Assembly (NCBI GenBank): GCA_019348255.1
Contig: JAHWJU010000004.1
Span: forward strand, 1 to 56,455
From: Actinomycetota bacterium
GTDB taxonomy: Bacteria > Actinomycetota > Acidimicrobiia > Acidimicrobiales > CADCTF01
Direction: 5' to 3'
Length of the DNA stretch: 56,455 bases
A program made the translations under genes and the position numbers. The stretch's first letter is position 1. Each line of letters opens with the position of its first letter. Shown here piece by piece: positions 12,719-22,161 of this stretch. The notes under the pieces are model-generated. The model saw only the letters and a list, made by a program, of their open reading frames with translations. It did no database searches and was not told the origin of the DNA.

Positions 12719-13650
12719 GCAGCCCGGCCGCCGCCCCCAGCCGCGCCCCGGTGGCGGCCATCGACTGCGGGACGAACTCCACGCGCCTGTTGGTCCACGA
12801 CGGGACCCAGGCCCTCGAGCGCCACAACACCATCACCCGCCTCGGCCAAGGCGTCGATGCCGACCGCCGCCTCAGACCCGAGGCCCTCGACCGGGTGGCC
12901 GAGACCCTGCGGCGTTACCGCCGGGTGATGGACCGCCACGGCGTGGACCGGGTGCGCATGGCCGCCACCTCCGCCGCTCGCGATGCCCTCAACCACGAGG
13001 AGCTGTTCAGCCTGGCCGAAGAGCTGGTGGGCGTGCGGCCCGAGCTGTTGAGCGGGCAGGAGGAGGGGCGGCTTTCCTTCGCCGGCGCCACGGCAGAGCT
13101 GGACCCCCGGGACGGGCCGTTCCTGGTCGTCGACATCGGCGGAGGCTCCACCGAGTTCGTGGTGGGCCGGGAGGAGCCGAGCGGCATCTGGTCGGTGGAC
13201 CTCGGATGCGTGCGGGTGACCGAGCGGTTCCTGCACAGCGATCCACCCGACGCGGGGGAGCTGGCCGACGCCCTGAGCGTGGTGCGCACGCACCTGGACG
13301 ACGTGGCGCGCGAGGTACCCGAGACGCGCGAGGCGGCCCGGCTGGTGGGGCTGGCCGGTAGCGTTACGACCATGGCGGCGGTGGAGCTGGGCCTTCATAG
13401 CTACGACCGGGACCGCATCCACCACTTCGTCCTCACCCGAGCCGCAGCCGAAGACGTGTTCCGCACTTTGGCCACCGAACCCCGGGAGGCGCGGCGGTTC
13501 AACCCGGGTCTCGAGGAGGCGCGGGTCGACGTCATCGTCGGCGGCGCGCTCATCCTCGTCGGCATCCTGCGCTACTTCGACTTCGGCGAGTGCCTGGTGT
13601 CGGAGTCGGACATCCTGGACGGCCTGGTGATGACCCTGCTGGCGCCATGA
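12715..13650 (+). CDS. ppx: Exopolyphosphatase Ppx/GppA family
   Basis: AAIDCGTNSTRL, ATSAARDA, LSGQEEGRL, DIGGGSTE, RVDVIVGG. Confidence 0.94.
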   Translation: MSSPAAAPSRAPVAAIDCGTNSTRLLVHDGTQALERHNTITRLGQGVDADRRLRPEALDRVAETLRRYRRVMDRHGVDRVRMAATSAARDALNHEELFSLAEELVGVRPELLSGQEEGRLSFAGATAELDPRDGPFLVVDIGGGSTEFVVGREEPSGIWSVDLGCVRVTERFLHSDPPDAGELADALSVVRTHLDDVAREVPETREAARLVGLAGSVTTMAAVELGLHSYDRDRIHHFVLTRAAAEDVFRTLATEPREARRFNPGLEEARVDVIVGGALILVGILRYFDFGECLVSESDILDGLVMTLLAP

Positions 13651-14102
13651 ACACCAAGGACATCGTGGCCCGCGGCCTCACGACGTTCCACGAGCGTCTC
13701 TACCGTGCGTCGCGCGGGCGCGTGGGCGGCCGCATCTGTGGGATGCCGGTGCTGCTGCTGTCCACTACGGGTCGAAAGACCGGTCGCCGCCGCACGACCC
13801 CCCTCACCTACACGACCGACGGCGACAACCTGGTGCTGGTGGCCTCCTACGGGGGTGACGACCAACACCCGGCCTGGTACCTCAACCTCAGCCGGCATCC
13901 CCTGGTGGAGGTGGAGCGCGCCGGGCAGGTGGAGCAGTTCGTCGCCCGGACCGCCACCGCCGAGGAGAAGGCCCGCTTGTGGCCCGGCATCGTCGCCACC
14001 TACAAGGGCTACGGCGCCTACCAGCGGCGGACCCAGCGCGACATCCCGCTGGTGATCCTCACCCCGCACGCAACGCCGGGTGCAGATCCGCCGCCCTCCT
14101 AG
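13647..14102 (+). CDS. Deazaflavin (F420)-dependent nitroreductase family oxidoreductase (Ddn-like)
   Basis: LLLSTTGRKTGRRRTTPL, VASYGG..HPAWYLNL, YQRRTQRDIPLV; ATGA overlap with ppx. Confidence 0.92.
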   Translation: MNTKDIVARGLTTFHERLYRASRGRVGGRICGMPVLLLSTTGRKTGRRRTTPLTYTTDGDNLVLVASYGGDDQHPAWYLNLSRHPLVEVERAGQVEQFVARTATAEEKARLWPGIVATYKGYGAYQRRTQRDIPLVILTPHATPGADPPPS

Positions 14103-15118
14103 AGGATCCAGCGGTGCTGCCGGTACCAGTCGACGGTGCTGGCGATGCTCGACGGCAGGTCGCTGTGGGCGAAGCGGAACCCGGTGCTCGTCAGGGCCCC
14201 GATGTCGAGGCGGTTGTTGAGGTTCGACTTGCGCATCAGGCGGAAGCGCTCCTTGCTGAGGAGGATCTGGTCCTGCATGCCAAGGGCGAGCATCCGGTCG
14301 CGGACCCGGGCCCGCTCCTCCGGGGGGAGCCCGCACTCGGGGTCGTCGCTGAGCTCGATCGACATGGAGAACAGATCGGCCAGGATCCCCACCAGGTCAT
14401 GGCTGGTGGGATAGGTGTCGAGGCACACGTTGAAGGCACGGCCGGTGCTGTCGGGGTGGACGGCGAGGTGGAGAGTGGCGGCAACCACGTCGTCGACGTG
14501 CACCAGACGCTGCTCCACCGGCTCGCGGTGCACGTCGAGTTTGTCGAGCCCGGCGAAGCGCTCGACGGCGACATCGAGAATGGCGCTGCCGAGGAGCTTG
14601 GTGTTGCCGGGGCCGAACACCGAAACGGGCCGAACCACCACCCCCGCCAGCCCCCGCTCGACCGCCCGCCAAACGGCTTGTTCTGCTCCCCACTTCGCCT
14701 TGCCGTAGCTCCGGCTCGGGCACGGCTCCACGTCCTCGGGCACCGGCACGGGTAGCTGCACCTCTTCGCCGTAGACGGAGGTGGAGCTCATGTAGAGAAA
14801 CCGCTCGACTCCGGTGCGCCGGGCTGCCTCCACCAGCCGTGTGGTCCCCTCGACGTTGGAGCGCCACATCTCCTCGTCCGACGAGCGTGAGCTGGACGCG
14901 CCGGCCAGGTGGAACACGTGGCTCACGCCGGACAGCACTTCGTCGAGATCGTCGGTCCCCGACAGGTCGACGGCGTGGTGTTCGACCTCTTCGGGCATCG
15001 ACGGCGGGCGTCCGCCTCTGGCACAGGATCGGACTTGCCACCCCCGTTCGACCAGGGCGGGGACGAGGTGCGAGGCGATGTAACCGGTGCCTCCGGTGAC
15101 CAGGGCGGAGCGGGCCAT
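14099..15118 (-). CDS. NAD-dependent epimerase/dehydratase (extended SDR)
   Basis: LVTGGTGYIA, VFHLAG, SSTSVYG, YGKAK (YxxxK), RPVSVFGPG. Start ATG 15118. Confidence 0.88.
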   Translation of the reverse strand: MARSALVTGGTGYIASHLVPALVERGWQVRSCARGGRPPSMPEEVEHHAVDLSGTDDLDEVLSGVSHVFHLAGASSSRSSDEEMWRSNVEGTTRLVEAARRTGVERFLYMSSTSVYGEEVQLPVPVPEDVEPCPSRSYGKAKWGAEQAVWRAVERGLAGVVVRPVSVFGPGNTKLLGSAILDVAVERFAGLDKLDVHREPVEQRLVHVDDVVAATLHLAVHPDSTGRAFNVCLDTYPTSHDLVGILADLFSMSIELSDDPECGLPPEERARVRDRMLALGMQDQILLSKERFRLMRKSNLNNRLDIGALTSTGFRFAHSDLPSSIASTVDWYRQHRWIL

Positions 15119-15126
15119 CGGCGGGC

Positions 15127-15510
15127 TCAGCTGGGCTGGATGGTGAGGGATTCCGCTGGCTCGCCCCTCAGCACCCGGATGGCAAGCTGCCCATTGGTGA
15201 GGGTGGCCTCCACGGCGCTGCCGAAGCCGTCGGGGATCTCCACCTCCCGCTCGTAGCCGCCGTAGTCCCACTCGTTGACGAGGTAGTCCTTGGTGGGAGA
15301 AGCGCTGCGCAGGCGGGCCCAGAAGCGCAGCTTCCCGGGTTGCAGCTCGACCGTCACGTCCCCCGGCGTCACCGCGGGGAGAGGGGCGACGATCACCAGT
15401 GCGCCCGTCGTCTCATAGACGTTCACCGGCACCCGTTGAGGTCGCATCTTGGCTTCGGCGGCCGCCGTAGCTTCGACGACCTGCTGGTGGCTGGGTTGCT
15501 CGCTCGCCAT
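15127..15510 (-). CDS. Hsp20/alpha-crystallin family small heat-shock protein
   Basis: VPVNVYET..LVIVAPLP, EWDYGGYEREVEIP, ATLTNGQLAI. Start ATG 15510. Confidence 0.82.
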   Translation of the reverse strand: MASEQPSHQQVVEATAAAEAKMRPQRVPVNVYETTGALVIVAPLPAVTPGDVTVELQPGKLRFWARLRSASPTKDYLVNEWDYGGYEREVEIPDGFGSAVEATLTNGQLAIRVLRGEPAESLTIQPS

Positions 15511-15538
15511 GCGAGCACCGTAGCGCCATGCTGGTGCG
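15511..15538. promoter_or_regulatory. Back-to-back leaderless promoters for hsp20 and the PPOX-class oxidoreductase
   Basis: Minus strand TACGGT (15522-15517) lies 6 nt before ATG 15510; plus strand CATGCT (15527-15532) lies 6 nt before ATG 15539. No Shine-Dalgarno on either side. Confidence 0.55.
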
Positions 15539-15949
15539 ATGGAGATCGAAGAGGCCCGCGCCTTGCTCGCCGACAACCACCGCTCGGTGCTGCACACGGC
15601 GAGGTCCGACGGCTCACCCCAGCTGTCGCCGGTGGTGCACGCCGTCGACGGCGAGGGCAGGGTCTGCATCAGCACCCGTGAGACGTCGATGAAGGTGAAG
15701 AACCTTCGCCGCCGACCCCGGGCCGCCCTCTGCGGCCTGTCCGACGGGTTCTTCGGGAACTGGGTGCAGATCGACGGCCCGGTGGAGATCGTGCCACTGC
15801 CCGAAGCCATGGAAGGCCTGAAGGACGTCTATCGCGCCGTGGCCGGCGAGCACCCCGACTGGGAGGAGTTCGAGGCGGCGATGGTCAAGGAACAGCGTGT
15901 CGTCGTGCGCATCACGATCGAGCGGGCCGGGCCCCAGAAGTCGGGCTGA
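15539..15949 (+). CDS. PPOX-class F420-dependent oxidoreductase
   Basis: VLHTARSDGSPQLSPV, KVKNLRRRPR, VAGEHPDWEEF..AM..EQRV. Confidence 0.9.
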   Translation: MEIEEARALLADNHRSVLHTARSDGSPQLSPVVHAVDGEGRVCISTRETSMKVKNLRRRPRAALCGLSDGFFGNWVQIDGPVEIVPLPEAMEGLKDVYRAVAGEHPDWEEFEAAMVKEQRVVVRITIERAGPQKSG

Positions 15950-16033
15950 CGCCGGCGCGACCGACCGGCCCCCGCCCACGGCTGCTCGGTAGCATGCCGC
16001 CGTGGCTGTCCTCGACGGCATCCGGCCGACCGT

Positions 16034-17938
16034 GTGAGCTGTGCCAGCCGGGCTGTCTGGCGGCCGCCTCCCGACGCGCTCGCCACCACGAACGTCGGGC
16101 GGTTCTTGACCGGCCAAGGCTTGGGCGGGTTCGACGAGCTCGTGCGGCAGTCCATCGCGGAGCCCGAGTGGTTCTGGCCGGCGGTCATCGACTTCCTGGG
16201 CATCCCCTTCACCTCGCCCTTCGACCGGGTCCTCGACACCACCGACGGGATCGAGTGGGCCAAGTGGTTCACCGGTGGGCGGCTCAACCTCGCCCACGTG
16301 TGCGTGGACCGCTGGGCGGCCATCGGCGGGGACCGACCGGCGGTGGTGTGGGAGGGCGAGGACGGCACCGTCCGGCGCTGGACCTACGGAGAGCTGCGCC
16401 GGGAGGCCGACGGCCTGGCGGGGCAGCTTCAGGCCGGGGGCGTGGGGGCGGGCGACGCCGTGGGGATCTTCCTCCCGATGATCCCCGAGACCGTGGCCGC
16501 CCTGGTGGCGGTGATGAAGCTGGGGGCGCGGTTCCTGCCACTGTTCTCCGGCTACGGGCCCGAGGCGGTCGCAGGACGGCTGCGGGACGCGGAGGCAAAG
16601 GCACTGGTGACGGCGGATGGGACCTACCGGCGGGGGCGCCGGCTCGACATGCACTCGGTTGCGGCCAAGGCGATCGAGGAGGTGCCATCGGTGGAGACGG
16701 TGGTGGTGGTGCCCCGCCTAGCGGGCGGGAGGGCGTGGGCCCGGGCCGACGAACCCTTCACCACCGAGATGGTGGACAGCGAGCACGTCCTGTTCCTCGC
16801 CTACACCTCCGGTACCACCGGTCGTCCCAAGGCGAGCGTCGCCGTCCACGCCGGGTTCGGCGTGAAGGTGGCCGAGGAGGTGGCCTTCCAGTTCGACGTC
16901 CGCAGGGAGGACGTCCTGTTCTGGTTCACGGACATGGGCTGGATCATGGGGCCTTGGGAGGTGGTGGGCACGCTCGCCAACGGCGCCACCCTCGCCCTCT
17001 ACGAGGGCGCTCCGGACTGGCCCGGGCCGGACCGGCTCTGGTCCTACGTAGAGCGGCATGGTGTCACCGTCCTCGGGATCAGCCCGACTCTCATCCGGGC
17101 GCTCATGCCGGCCGGCGATGCTGCGGTGCAGGCTCATGACCTGTCCCGCCTCCGCATCCTGGGCAGCACCGGCGAGCCGTGGAACGAGCGGCCTTGGCGC
17201 TGGTACTTCGAGGTTGTCGGGGGCGGCCGGTGCCCCGTCATCAACATCTCAGGAGGCACGGAGGTAGGGGCGTGCTTCTTGTCGCCCCACCCGGTGCAGC
17301 CGATCAAGCCGATGTCGCTCGGCGGCCCGGCACTGGGCATGGCCGTCGACGTCTTCGGCGACGACGGGCGGCCGCTGCGGGGGGGAGTGGGCGAGTTGGT
17401 GTGCAAAAAGCCGTGGCCGGGGATGACGCGTGGCCTGTACAAGGACCCGGACCGCTACCTGGCGACCTACTGGTCGACCTTCCCCGGCGTATGGCGCCAC
17501 GGCGACTGGGCGTCGATCGATGACGACGGCGAGTGGTTCCTCCACGGGCGCAGCGACGACACCATCAAAGTGGCCGGCAAGAGGATCGGCCCCGCCGAGG
17601 TCGAGTCGGTGCTGGTCGCCCACCCCGACGTCATCGAGGCGGCGGCGGTGGGAATACCGGATGAGGTCAAGGGCGAGAAGCTCTGGGCCTACGTGGTGGT
17701 GGCGCCCGCCGTGACTCCCACCGAGGATCTGCGGGCGGAGCTGGGCGATCTCGTGGCCGAGCGACTGGGTCGGTCCTTCCGACCTGCAGCCGTGCGCTTC
17801 ACCACGGGTCTGCCCAAGACTCGCAACGCGAAGGTGCTCCGTCGGGCCATCCGGGCCACCGCACTGGGCCAGGACGCCGGTGACCTCTCATCGCTCGAGG
17901 ACGCAGCCAGCATCGAGGCCGTGAGAACCGCCCGATGA
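16034..17938 (+). CDS. AMP-forming acyl-CoA synthetase (acetate-CoA ligase family)
   Basis: WFTGGRLN, YTSGTTGRPK, TDMGWIMG, GSTGEPWN, GRSDDTIKVAGKRIG, LPKTRNAKVLRR. Confidence 0.92.
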   Translation: MSCASRAVWRPPPDALATTNVGRFLTGQGLGGFDELVRQSIAEPEWFWPAVIDFLGIPFTSPFDRVLDTTDGIEWAKWFTGGRLNLAHVCVDRWAAIGGDRPAVVWEGEDGTVRRWTYGELRREADGLAGQLQAGGVGAGDAVGIFLPMIPETVAALVAVMKLGARFLPLFSGYGPEAVAGRLRDAEAKALVTADGTYRRGRRLDMHSVAAKAIEEVPSVETVVVVPRLAGGRAWARADEPFTTEMVDSEHVLFLAYTSGTTGRPKASVAVHAGFGVKVAEEVAFQFDVRREDVLFWFTDMGWIMGPWEVVGTLANGATLALYEGAPDWPGPDRLWSYVERHGVTVLGISPTLIRALMPAGDAAVQAHDLSRLRILGSTGEPWNERPWRWYFEVVGGGRCPVINISGGTEVGACFLSPHPVQPIKPMSLGGPALGMAVDVFGDDGRPLRGGVGELVCKKPWPGMTRGLYKDPDRYLATYWSTFPGVWRHGDWASIDDDGEWFLHGRSDDTIKVAGKRIGPAEVESVLVAHPDVIEAAAVGIPDEVKGEKLWAYVVVAPAVTPTEDLRAELGDLVAERLGRSFRPAAVRFTTGLPKTRNAKVLRRAIRATALGQDAGDLSSLEDAASIEAVRTAR

Positions 17939-18555
17939 TGCCGCGCACCAGCCCTTTCTTCCTCACCGGCCGCCGGGTGCTCCTGCGGCCGCTGGGGCCC
18001 GCCGACTGGGAGGCGTGGCGCGAGGTACGCAAGCGCTGCCATGACTGGCTCGTGAAGTGGGAGCCGAGAGCGGTCCCCGGTCACCCCGATCCGGCCGAGG
18101 ATCGCCGCGCCTTCGTCGCCCGCTGTGGGGCGCGGGACCGGGAACGTGAGCTGGGATCGGGGTTCGGGTTCGGCGTGTTCGCGGGCGGCAGGTTCGGCGG
18201 TGAGATCAACCTCAACAGCATCCAGCGGGGTCCCTTCCAGAACGCCTACATCGGCTACTGGATAGACGAGGCTCTGGCCGGTAACAGCTACACACCGGAG
18301 GCGGTGGCGGTGGTGCTCCAGTTCGCCTTCGAGGAGCTCGGTCTGCACCGGGTGCAGATCTCGATCATCCCCCGCAACCGGGCGAGCCGCCGCGTCGTCG
18401 AGAAGCTGGCGATCCGTGACGAGGGGGTGGCCCTGCGCTATCTGGAGATCAATGGCGTCTGGGAGGACCACATCCGCTTCGCCATCACCTCCGAGGAGTG
18501 GGTCGAGCGCCGGGAGGAGATCGCCAGGGAGTGGCTCCTCAGAGAATCGAGCTGA
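17935..18555 (+). CDS. GNAT N-acetyltransferase, RimJ/RimL family
   Basis: GEINLNSIQRGPFQNAYIGYWID, LHRVQISIIPRNRASRRV, YLEINGVWEDH. Confidence 0.9.
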   Translation: MMPRTSPFFLTGRRVLLRPLGPADWEAWREVRKRCHDWLVKWEPRAVPGHPDPAEDRRAFVARCGARDRERELGSGFGFGVFAGGRFGGEINLNSIQRGPFQNAYIGYWIDEALAGNSYTPEAVAVVLQFAFEELGLHRVQISIIPRNRASRRVVEKLAIRDEGVALRYLEINGVWEDHIRFAITSEEWVERREEIAREWLLRESS

Positions 18556-19297
18556 CCGACGCCGACAGCGACACCCCCGATGCCTGGTCGCGGAAGACCA
18601 GGACGAGGATCGCTGCCAGCACCGCGATGGCCACGAACACCAGCACCGAGGAGGACTTGGCCGTCTGCTCGAAGGCCCCCTCTACGTCCACCGGCGGCCC
18701 TCCCGCCTCGACGTGGACCTGGAAGGGGATCCGGCGGGCGGTACGGGTGGGCCCCTTCTTCGCCACCACCTTCACCTTGGCCACGGCTGTCGCTCCCGGC
18801 TCGATGGAGAGGTGGTTCGGGTCGACGTCGATGCCCAGCAGCTCGTCCGGGTCCGAAGCCCACACCTCGGCATCGGCAACGGCGTTGCCGGTATTGGTGA
18901 CTTCGACACGATGATTGGCCGTCCGCTTGCCTTCCGAGGTCCGCGGCACCACCCGGGCCTGCACCCCGCTGAAGCTGCTGATCTGGACGGCACCTTCCTC
19001 GACCACCGAGAAGTCCTTGTCCTCCTGGCAGGTGACCCGGACGCCGTAGTGGACGAGCCCGGCGGTGACCGCGGAGGAGCGGGCCGGGCTGAAGTGGATC
19101 CGCACCGTCTCCTCGGCGTCCGGGAACAGCGAGATCACCGGGGGGTCGCAGCGGGCCCAGGCGCTGGCCTCCCCCACCAGGTTGAGCGCGAACTGATCGA
19201 CGACCGTCCCGGTGTTGCGCACACGGACCTCGGTCGTCGCCTCGCCTCCGGGCTGGACGCTCACCACCGGGTTGAGGATGCTCACGATGGCCGGCAT
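18539..19297 (-). CDS. Hypothetical protein: tandem Ig-like beta domains with C-terminal TM anchor
   Basis: Internal repeat (VRVRNTGTVVD / VEVTNTGNAVA), no signal peptide, C-terminal hydrophobic VLVFVAIAVLAAILVLVF. Confidence 0.75.
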   Translation of the reverse strand: MPAIVSILNPVVSVQPGGEATTEVRVRNTGTVVDQFALNLVGEASAWARCDPPVISLFPDAEETVRIHFSPARSSAVTAGLVHYGVRVTCQEDKDFSVVEEGAVQISSFSGVQARVVPRTSEGKRTANHRVEVTNTGNAVADAEVWASDPDELLGIDVDPNHLSIEPGATAVAKVKVVAKKGPTRTARRIPFQVHVEAGGPPVDVEGAFEQTAKSSSVLVFVAIAVLAAILVLVFRDQASGVSLSASVSSIL

Positions 19298-19365
19298 GGC
19301 CGGCCATCCTAGGCAGGGCCTCCCAGGGAGCGGCCCAGGACCGGTGGGCGGGCTAGACCTAAAGG

Positions 19366-19932
19366 GTGGACTCGCTCCTGCCGGCGCCCGGTCGCCTGCT
19401 CGTGGCCACGCCGGCCCTGGAAGACCCCAACTTCCACCGGACGGTGGTGCTGGTGCTGGCTTTCGGAGCTGAGGGCGCCCTGGGGGTGGTCCTCAACAGG
19501 CCGAACGAGGTGCCGGTGGCGGCCGTGCTCCCTGGTTGGGAGGAGCTGGCGGCCGAGCCGACCTCGATGTTCGTCGGCGGCCCTGTCGGGCGGAGCTCTG
19601 TCATCTGCGTCGGTCGGCTGAGCGGGGCCGACGCCGCCGGTGTTCCGGGATGCCAGCCTGTCGCGGGTCAAATCGCGACAGTCGACCTCAACCTCCAGCC
19701 CGCGGACGTGGCGCCGGCGGTAGAGGCGCTGCGGTTGTTCAGCGGCTACTCGGGGTGGGACGGGGGACAACTCGAGGCCGAGCTCCAGGTGGGATCCTGG
19801 TTCGTGGTGCGCTCACAGCTCGACGACGTGTTCGGCCCCGATCCCGAAGGGCTCTGGCGTCGGGTCCTTCGCCGCCAGGGCGGTCGCCTCTCCCTGTATG
19901 CCAACGCCCCTCCCAAGCTGTCGCTCAACTGA
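19366..19932 (+). CDS. YqgE/AlgH family protein
   Basis: LLVATPALEDPNFHRTVVL, GVVLNRP, FVGGPV, FSGYSGW..GQLEAEL. Confidence 0.93.
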   Translation: MDSLLPAPGRLLVATPALEDPNFHRTVVLVLAFGAEGALGVVLNRPNEVPVAAVLPGWEELAAEPTSMFVGGPVGRSSVICVGRLSGADAAGVPGCQPVAGQIATVDLNLQPADVAPAVEALRLFSGYSGWDGGQLEAELQVGSWFVVRSQLDDVFGPDPEGLWRRVLRRQGGRLSLYANAPPKLSLN

Positions 19933-20783
19933 TGACGCCTGAGGCCGTCTCGCCCGAGCTCGTGGTCGGTGTCACCGCCGACCGGCGATGGCAGGAGCAG
20001 GCGGATCTGTTCCGCCGACGGGGGATCGGCGTGTTGCACGGACCATCGCTGCGGACCGTCGAGCTGGGCCGGGACGGGCGGCTGCGCGAGGTGACCGAGT
20101 CGCTCGTCGCCGTGCCGCCGCGGTGGTTCGTGGCCACCACCGGCGCCGGCATGCGGTCGTGGTTCGCGGCGGCGGCCGACTGGGGGCTGCGGGAGGAGCT
20201 GCTGGCCTCGTTGCGTTCGACGGTGGTGGTGGGACGGGGTGCCAAGGTCACCTCGGCTCTCCGTCAGGCGGGGGTGGAGGTGGCGTGGCGGGCACCGGGC
20301 GAGTCGATGGTCGAGGTCGTTCGACACCTCGAGCAAGATGCTGGTGGCGCGACAGCAGGTGGCCGCGGGGCGATCCAGCTGTTCGACCCCGACGACCACC
20401 CGGCCACCGAAGCCCTCCGCCCGCTGGTCGACGAGCTGGTGGAGGTACCCCTTTACCGGTGGCTGCTGCCGGAGGACACCGCACCGGCTGAAAGGTTGAT
20501 CCAGGCTGCGATCTCCGGACGGCTGGGCGCGATCACCTTCACCAGCCAGCCCGCGGTTCGCTTCCTGTTCCGGATCGCCGAGGCTGGCGGCTGGGCCGGG
20601 GACCTGCGGGATGCCTGCAACGACGGGAGGGTGCTGCCGGCCTGCATAGGCGCAGTGTGCGCAGAGGCTGCCCATGAGGTGGGGATCGAGCACCCGGTGT
20701 GGCCGGAGCCGTTCCGCCTGCCCCCCCTGGTGCGGCTGGTCGCAGAGAGGTTGCGGCCCCAGATGTCGGCGGATCTTTCGTGA
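19932..20783 (+). CDS. hemD: Uroporphyrinogen-III synthase family protein
   Basis: VGVTADRR, VATTGAG, RGAK, VPLYRW, AITFTSQPAV, ACIGAV; TGATG overlap. Confidence 0.78.
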   Translation: MTPEAVSPELVVGVTADRRWQEQADLFRRRGIGVLHGPSLRTVELGRDGRLREVTESLVAVPPRWFVATTGAGMRSWFAAAADWGLREELLASLRSTVVVGRGAKVTSALRQAGVEVAWRAPGESMVEVVRHLEQDAGGATAGGRGAIQLFDPDDHPATEALRPLVDELVEVPLYRWLLPEDTAPAERLIQAAISGRLGAITFTSQPAVRFLFRIAEAGGWAGDLRDACNDGRVLPACIGAVCAEAAHEVGIEHPVWPEPFRLPPLVRLVAERLRPQMSADLS

Positions 20784-20909
20784 TGCGGGAATCCGGCGTC
20801 ATCCGCATCGGTTGGAGGCGGTAGTCCCAGCCAGGAGGCCACCGTCATCACCAACTCCGCCGTTCATGAGGCCGCTCCCGCCGTCTCGTTCCTGACCGGT
20901 CCCCGGCCC

Positions 20910-21251
20910 ATGCTGCTCGCACAGCGCCAGGCGCACCTCGACAATCTCGAAGCACTCAGAGCCGCTGCCGCCCAGCTGCTCGACGACTCCCCCCTTGTCG
21001 ATTCCGTCGGTGACGACGGCTTCGGGGAGGCCGACGGCTCCGGGTCCGAGCTCGACCGCATCCGCACGCTGGTGGCCGCGGCTCGCAAGGGGATCGATGA
21101 TGTGGATGCCGCCTTGGGCCGGCTCGACTCCGGCCGGTACGGGATCTGCGCCGACTGTCGGGCGCCCATCTCGCCGGCCCGCCTGGAGGCCATCCCGGAG
21201 GCCACCCACTGCGTGGACTGCAAGACGGGCGGCCTGCGGCGCCGGAAGTAG
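20910..21251 (+). CDS. TraR/DksA C4-type zinc finger protein
   Basis: DAALGRLDSGRYGICADC..I..ARLEAIPEATHCVDC. True start may be ATC 20847 (see findings). Confidence 0.88.
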   Translation: MLLAQRQAHLDNLEALRAAAAQLLDDSPLVDSVGDDGFGEADGSGSELDRIRTLVAAARKGIDDVDAALGRLDSGRYGICADCRAPISPARLEAIPEATHCVDCKTGGLRRRK

Positions 21252-21320
21252 CTGCGCGGCGCGCCTCTGGCCACTGGCGGGTGAGGCCGCCCGCTGTTGC
21301 CGTGCCCATATAGTCGCCCG

Positions 21321-22142
21321 ATGGCGGTGACCACCTGCTTCCGCCACCACGACCGCCCGACGGGCCGGTCCTGCACCCGGTGTGACCGGCCGGCATGCTC
21401 GGAGTGCCTTCGCGAGGCTGCCGTGGGCTCGCACTGCTTCGAGTGCATCGCCGCCGCTCGTCCCCCGGTGCGGGAACGGGTGCGACGATGGAACGCCACC
21501 AGCGGTGCCTTCATCACCAAGGGTCTCGTCGCGCTCAACCTCTCGGTGTTCGTGCTCACCGCGGCGACGGGTGGAGCGTTGGGCCGGGGCGGCGATCTGC
21601 AGGCCTCTCTGGCTCTCTCCGGGCCCACGGTGGCCGCCGGGGAGTGGTGGCGGCTCGTCACCTCCGGCTTCGTCCACTACGGCCTGCTCCACGTGGCGTT
21701 CAACATGCTGGTCCTCTACCGGTTCGGCGAGATGCTCGAGGCTTTCCTCGGGCGGCTCAGGATGCTGGGCCTGTACCTGGCGTCGCTCCTCGCCGGATCC
21801 CTGGGAGCCGTGCTCATCTCCCCCATGGCGCTCACCGCTGGTGCTTCGGGGGCGGTGTTCGGGCTGGTGGCGGCGGCGGCCATCGGGTTGCGGCAGCGGG
21901 GGGTGGACGTGTGGCAGAGCGGGGTGGGGCCACTCATCGCAGTGAACCTCGTGCTCACCTTCGCGGTTCCCGGCATCTCGATCGGCGGCCATGTTGGGGG
22001 TCTGGTGGGGGGAGCGGTGGTCGGAGCCGCGATGCTGCGGTCGCCGCTCGACCGGCGGTCGGTTGCCCAGGGCGTCGCCATTGCCGTCGTCGTGGCCGTG
22101 GCCTGCGCGGCCGGCGCAGTCGTGGCCGCCGGGACCTCGTAG
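21321..22142 (+). CDS. Rhomboid intramembrane serine protease with N-terminal Cys/His zinc-finger-like domain
   Basis: CFRH..CTRCDRPACSEC; EWWRLVTSGFVH..HVAFNM, catalytic GASG and GGHVGG. TATAGT 6 nt before the ATG. Confidence 0.93.
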   Translation: MAVTTCFRHHDRPTGRSCTRCDRPACSECLREAAVGSHCFECIAAARPPVRERVRRWNATSGAFITKGLVALNLSVFVLTAATGGALGRGGDLQASLALSGPTVAAGEWWRLVTSGFVHYGLLHVAFNMLVLYRFGEMLEAFLGRLRMLGLYLASLLAGSLGAVLISPMALTAGASGAVFGLVAAAAIGLRQRGVDVWQSGVGPLIAVNLVLTFAVPGISIGGHVGGLVGGAVVGAAMLRSPLDRRSVAQGVAIAVVVAVACAAGAVVAAGTS

Positions 22143-22161
22143 CGAGCGGGAGGAGGAGGAG

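Noticed and set aside
16034-18555. Acyl-CoA synthetase coupled to a GNAT as an acetylation switch
   Set aside because: The GNAT has RimJ-type motifs rather than Pat-type architecture. Adjacency alone is not evidence.
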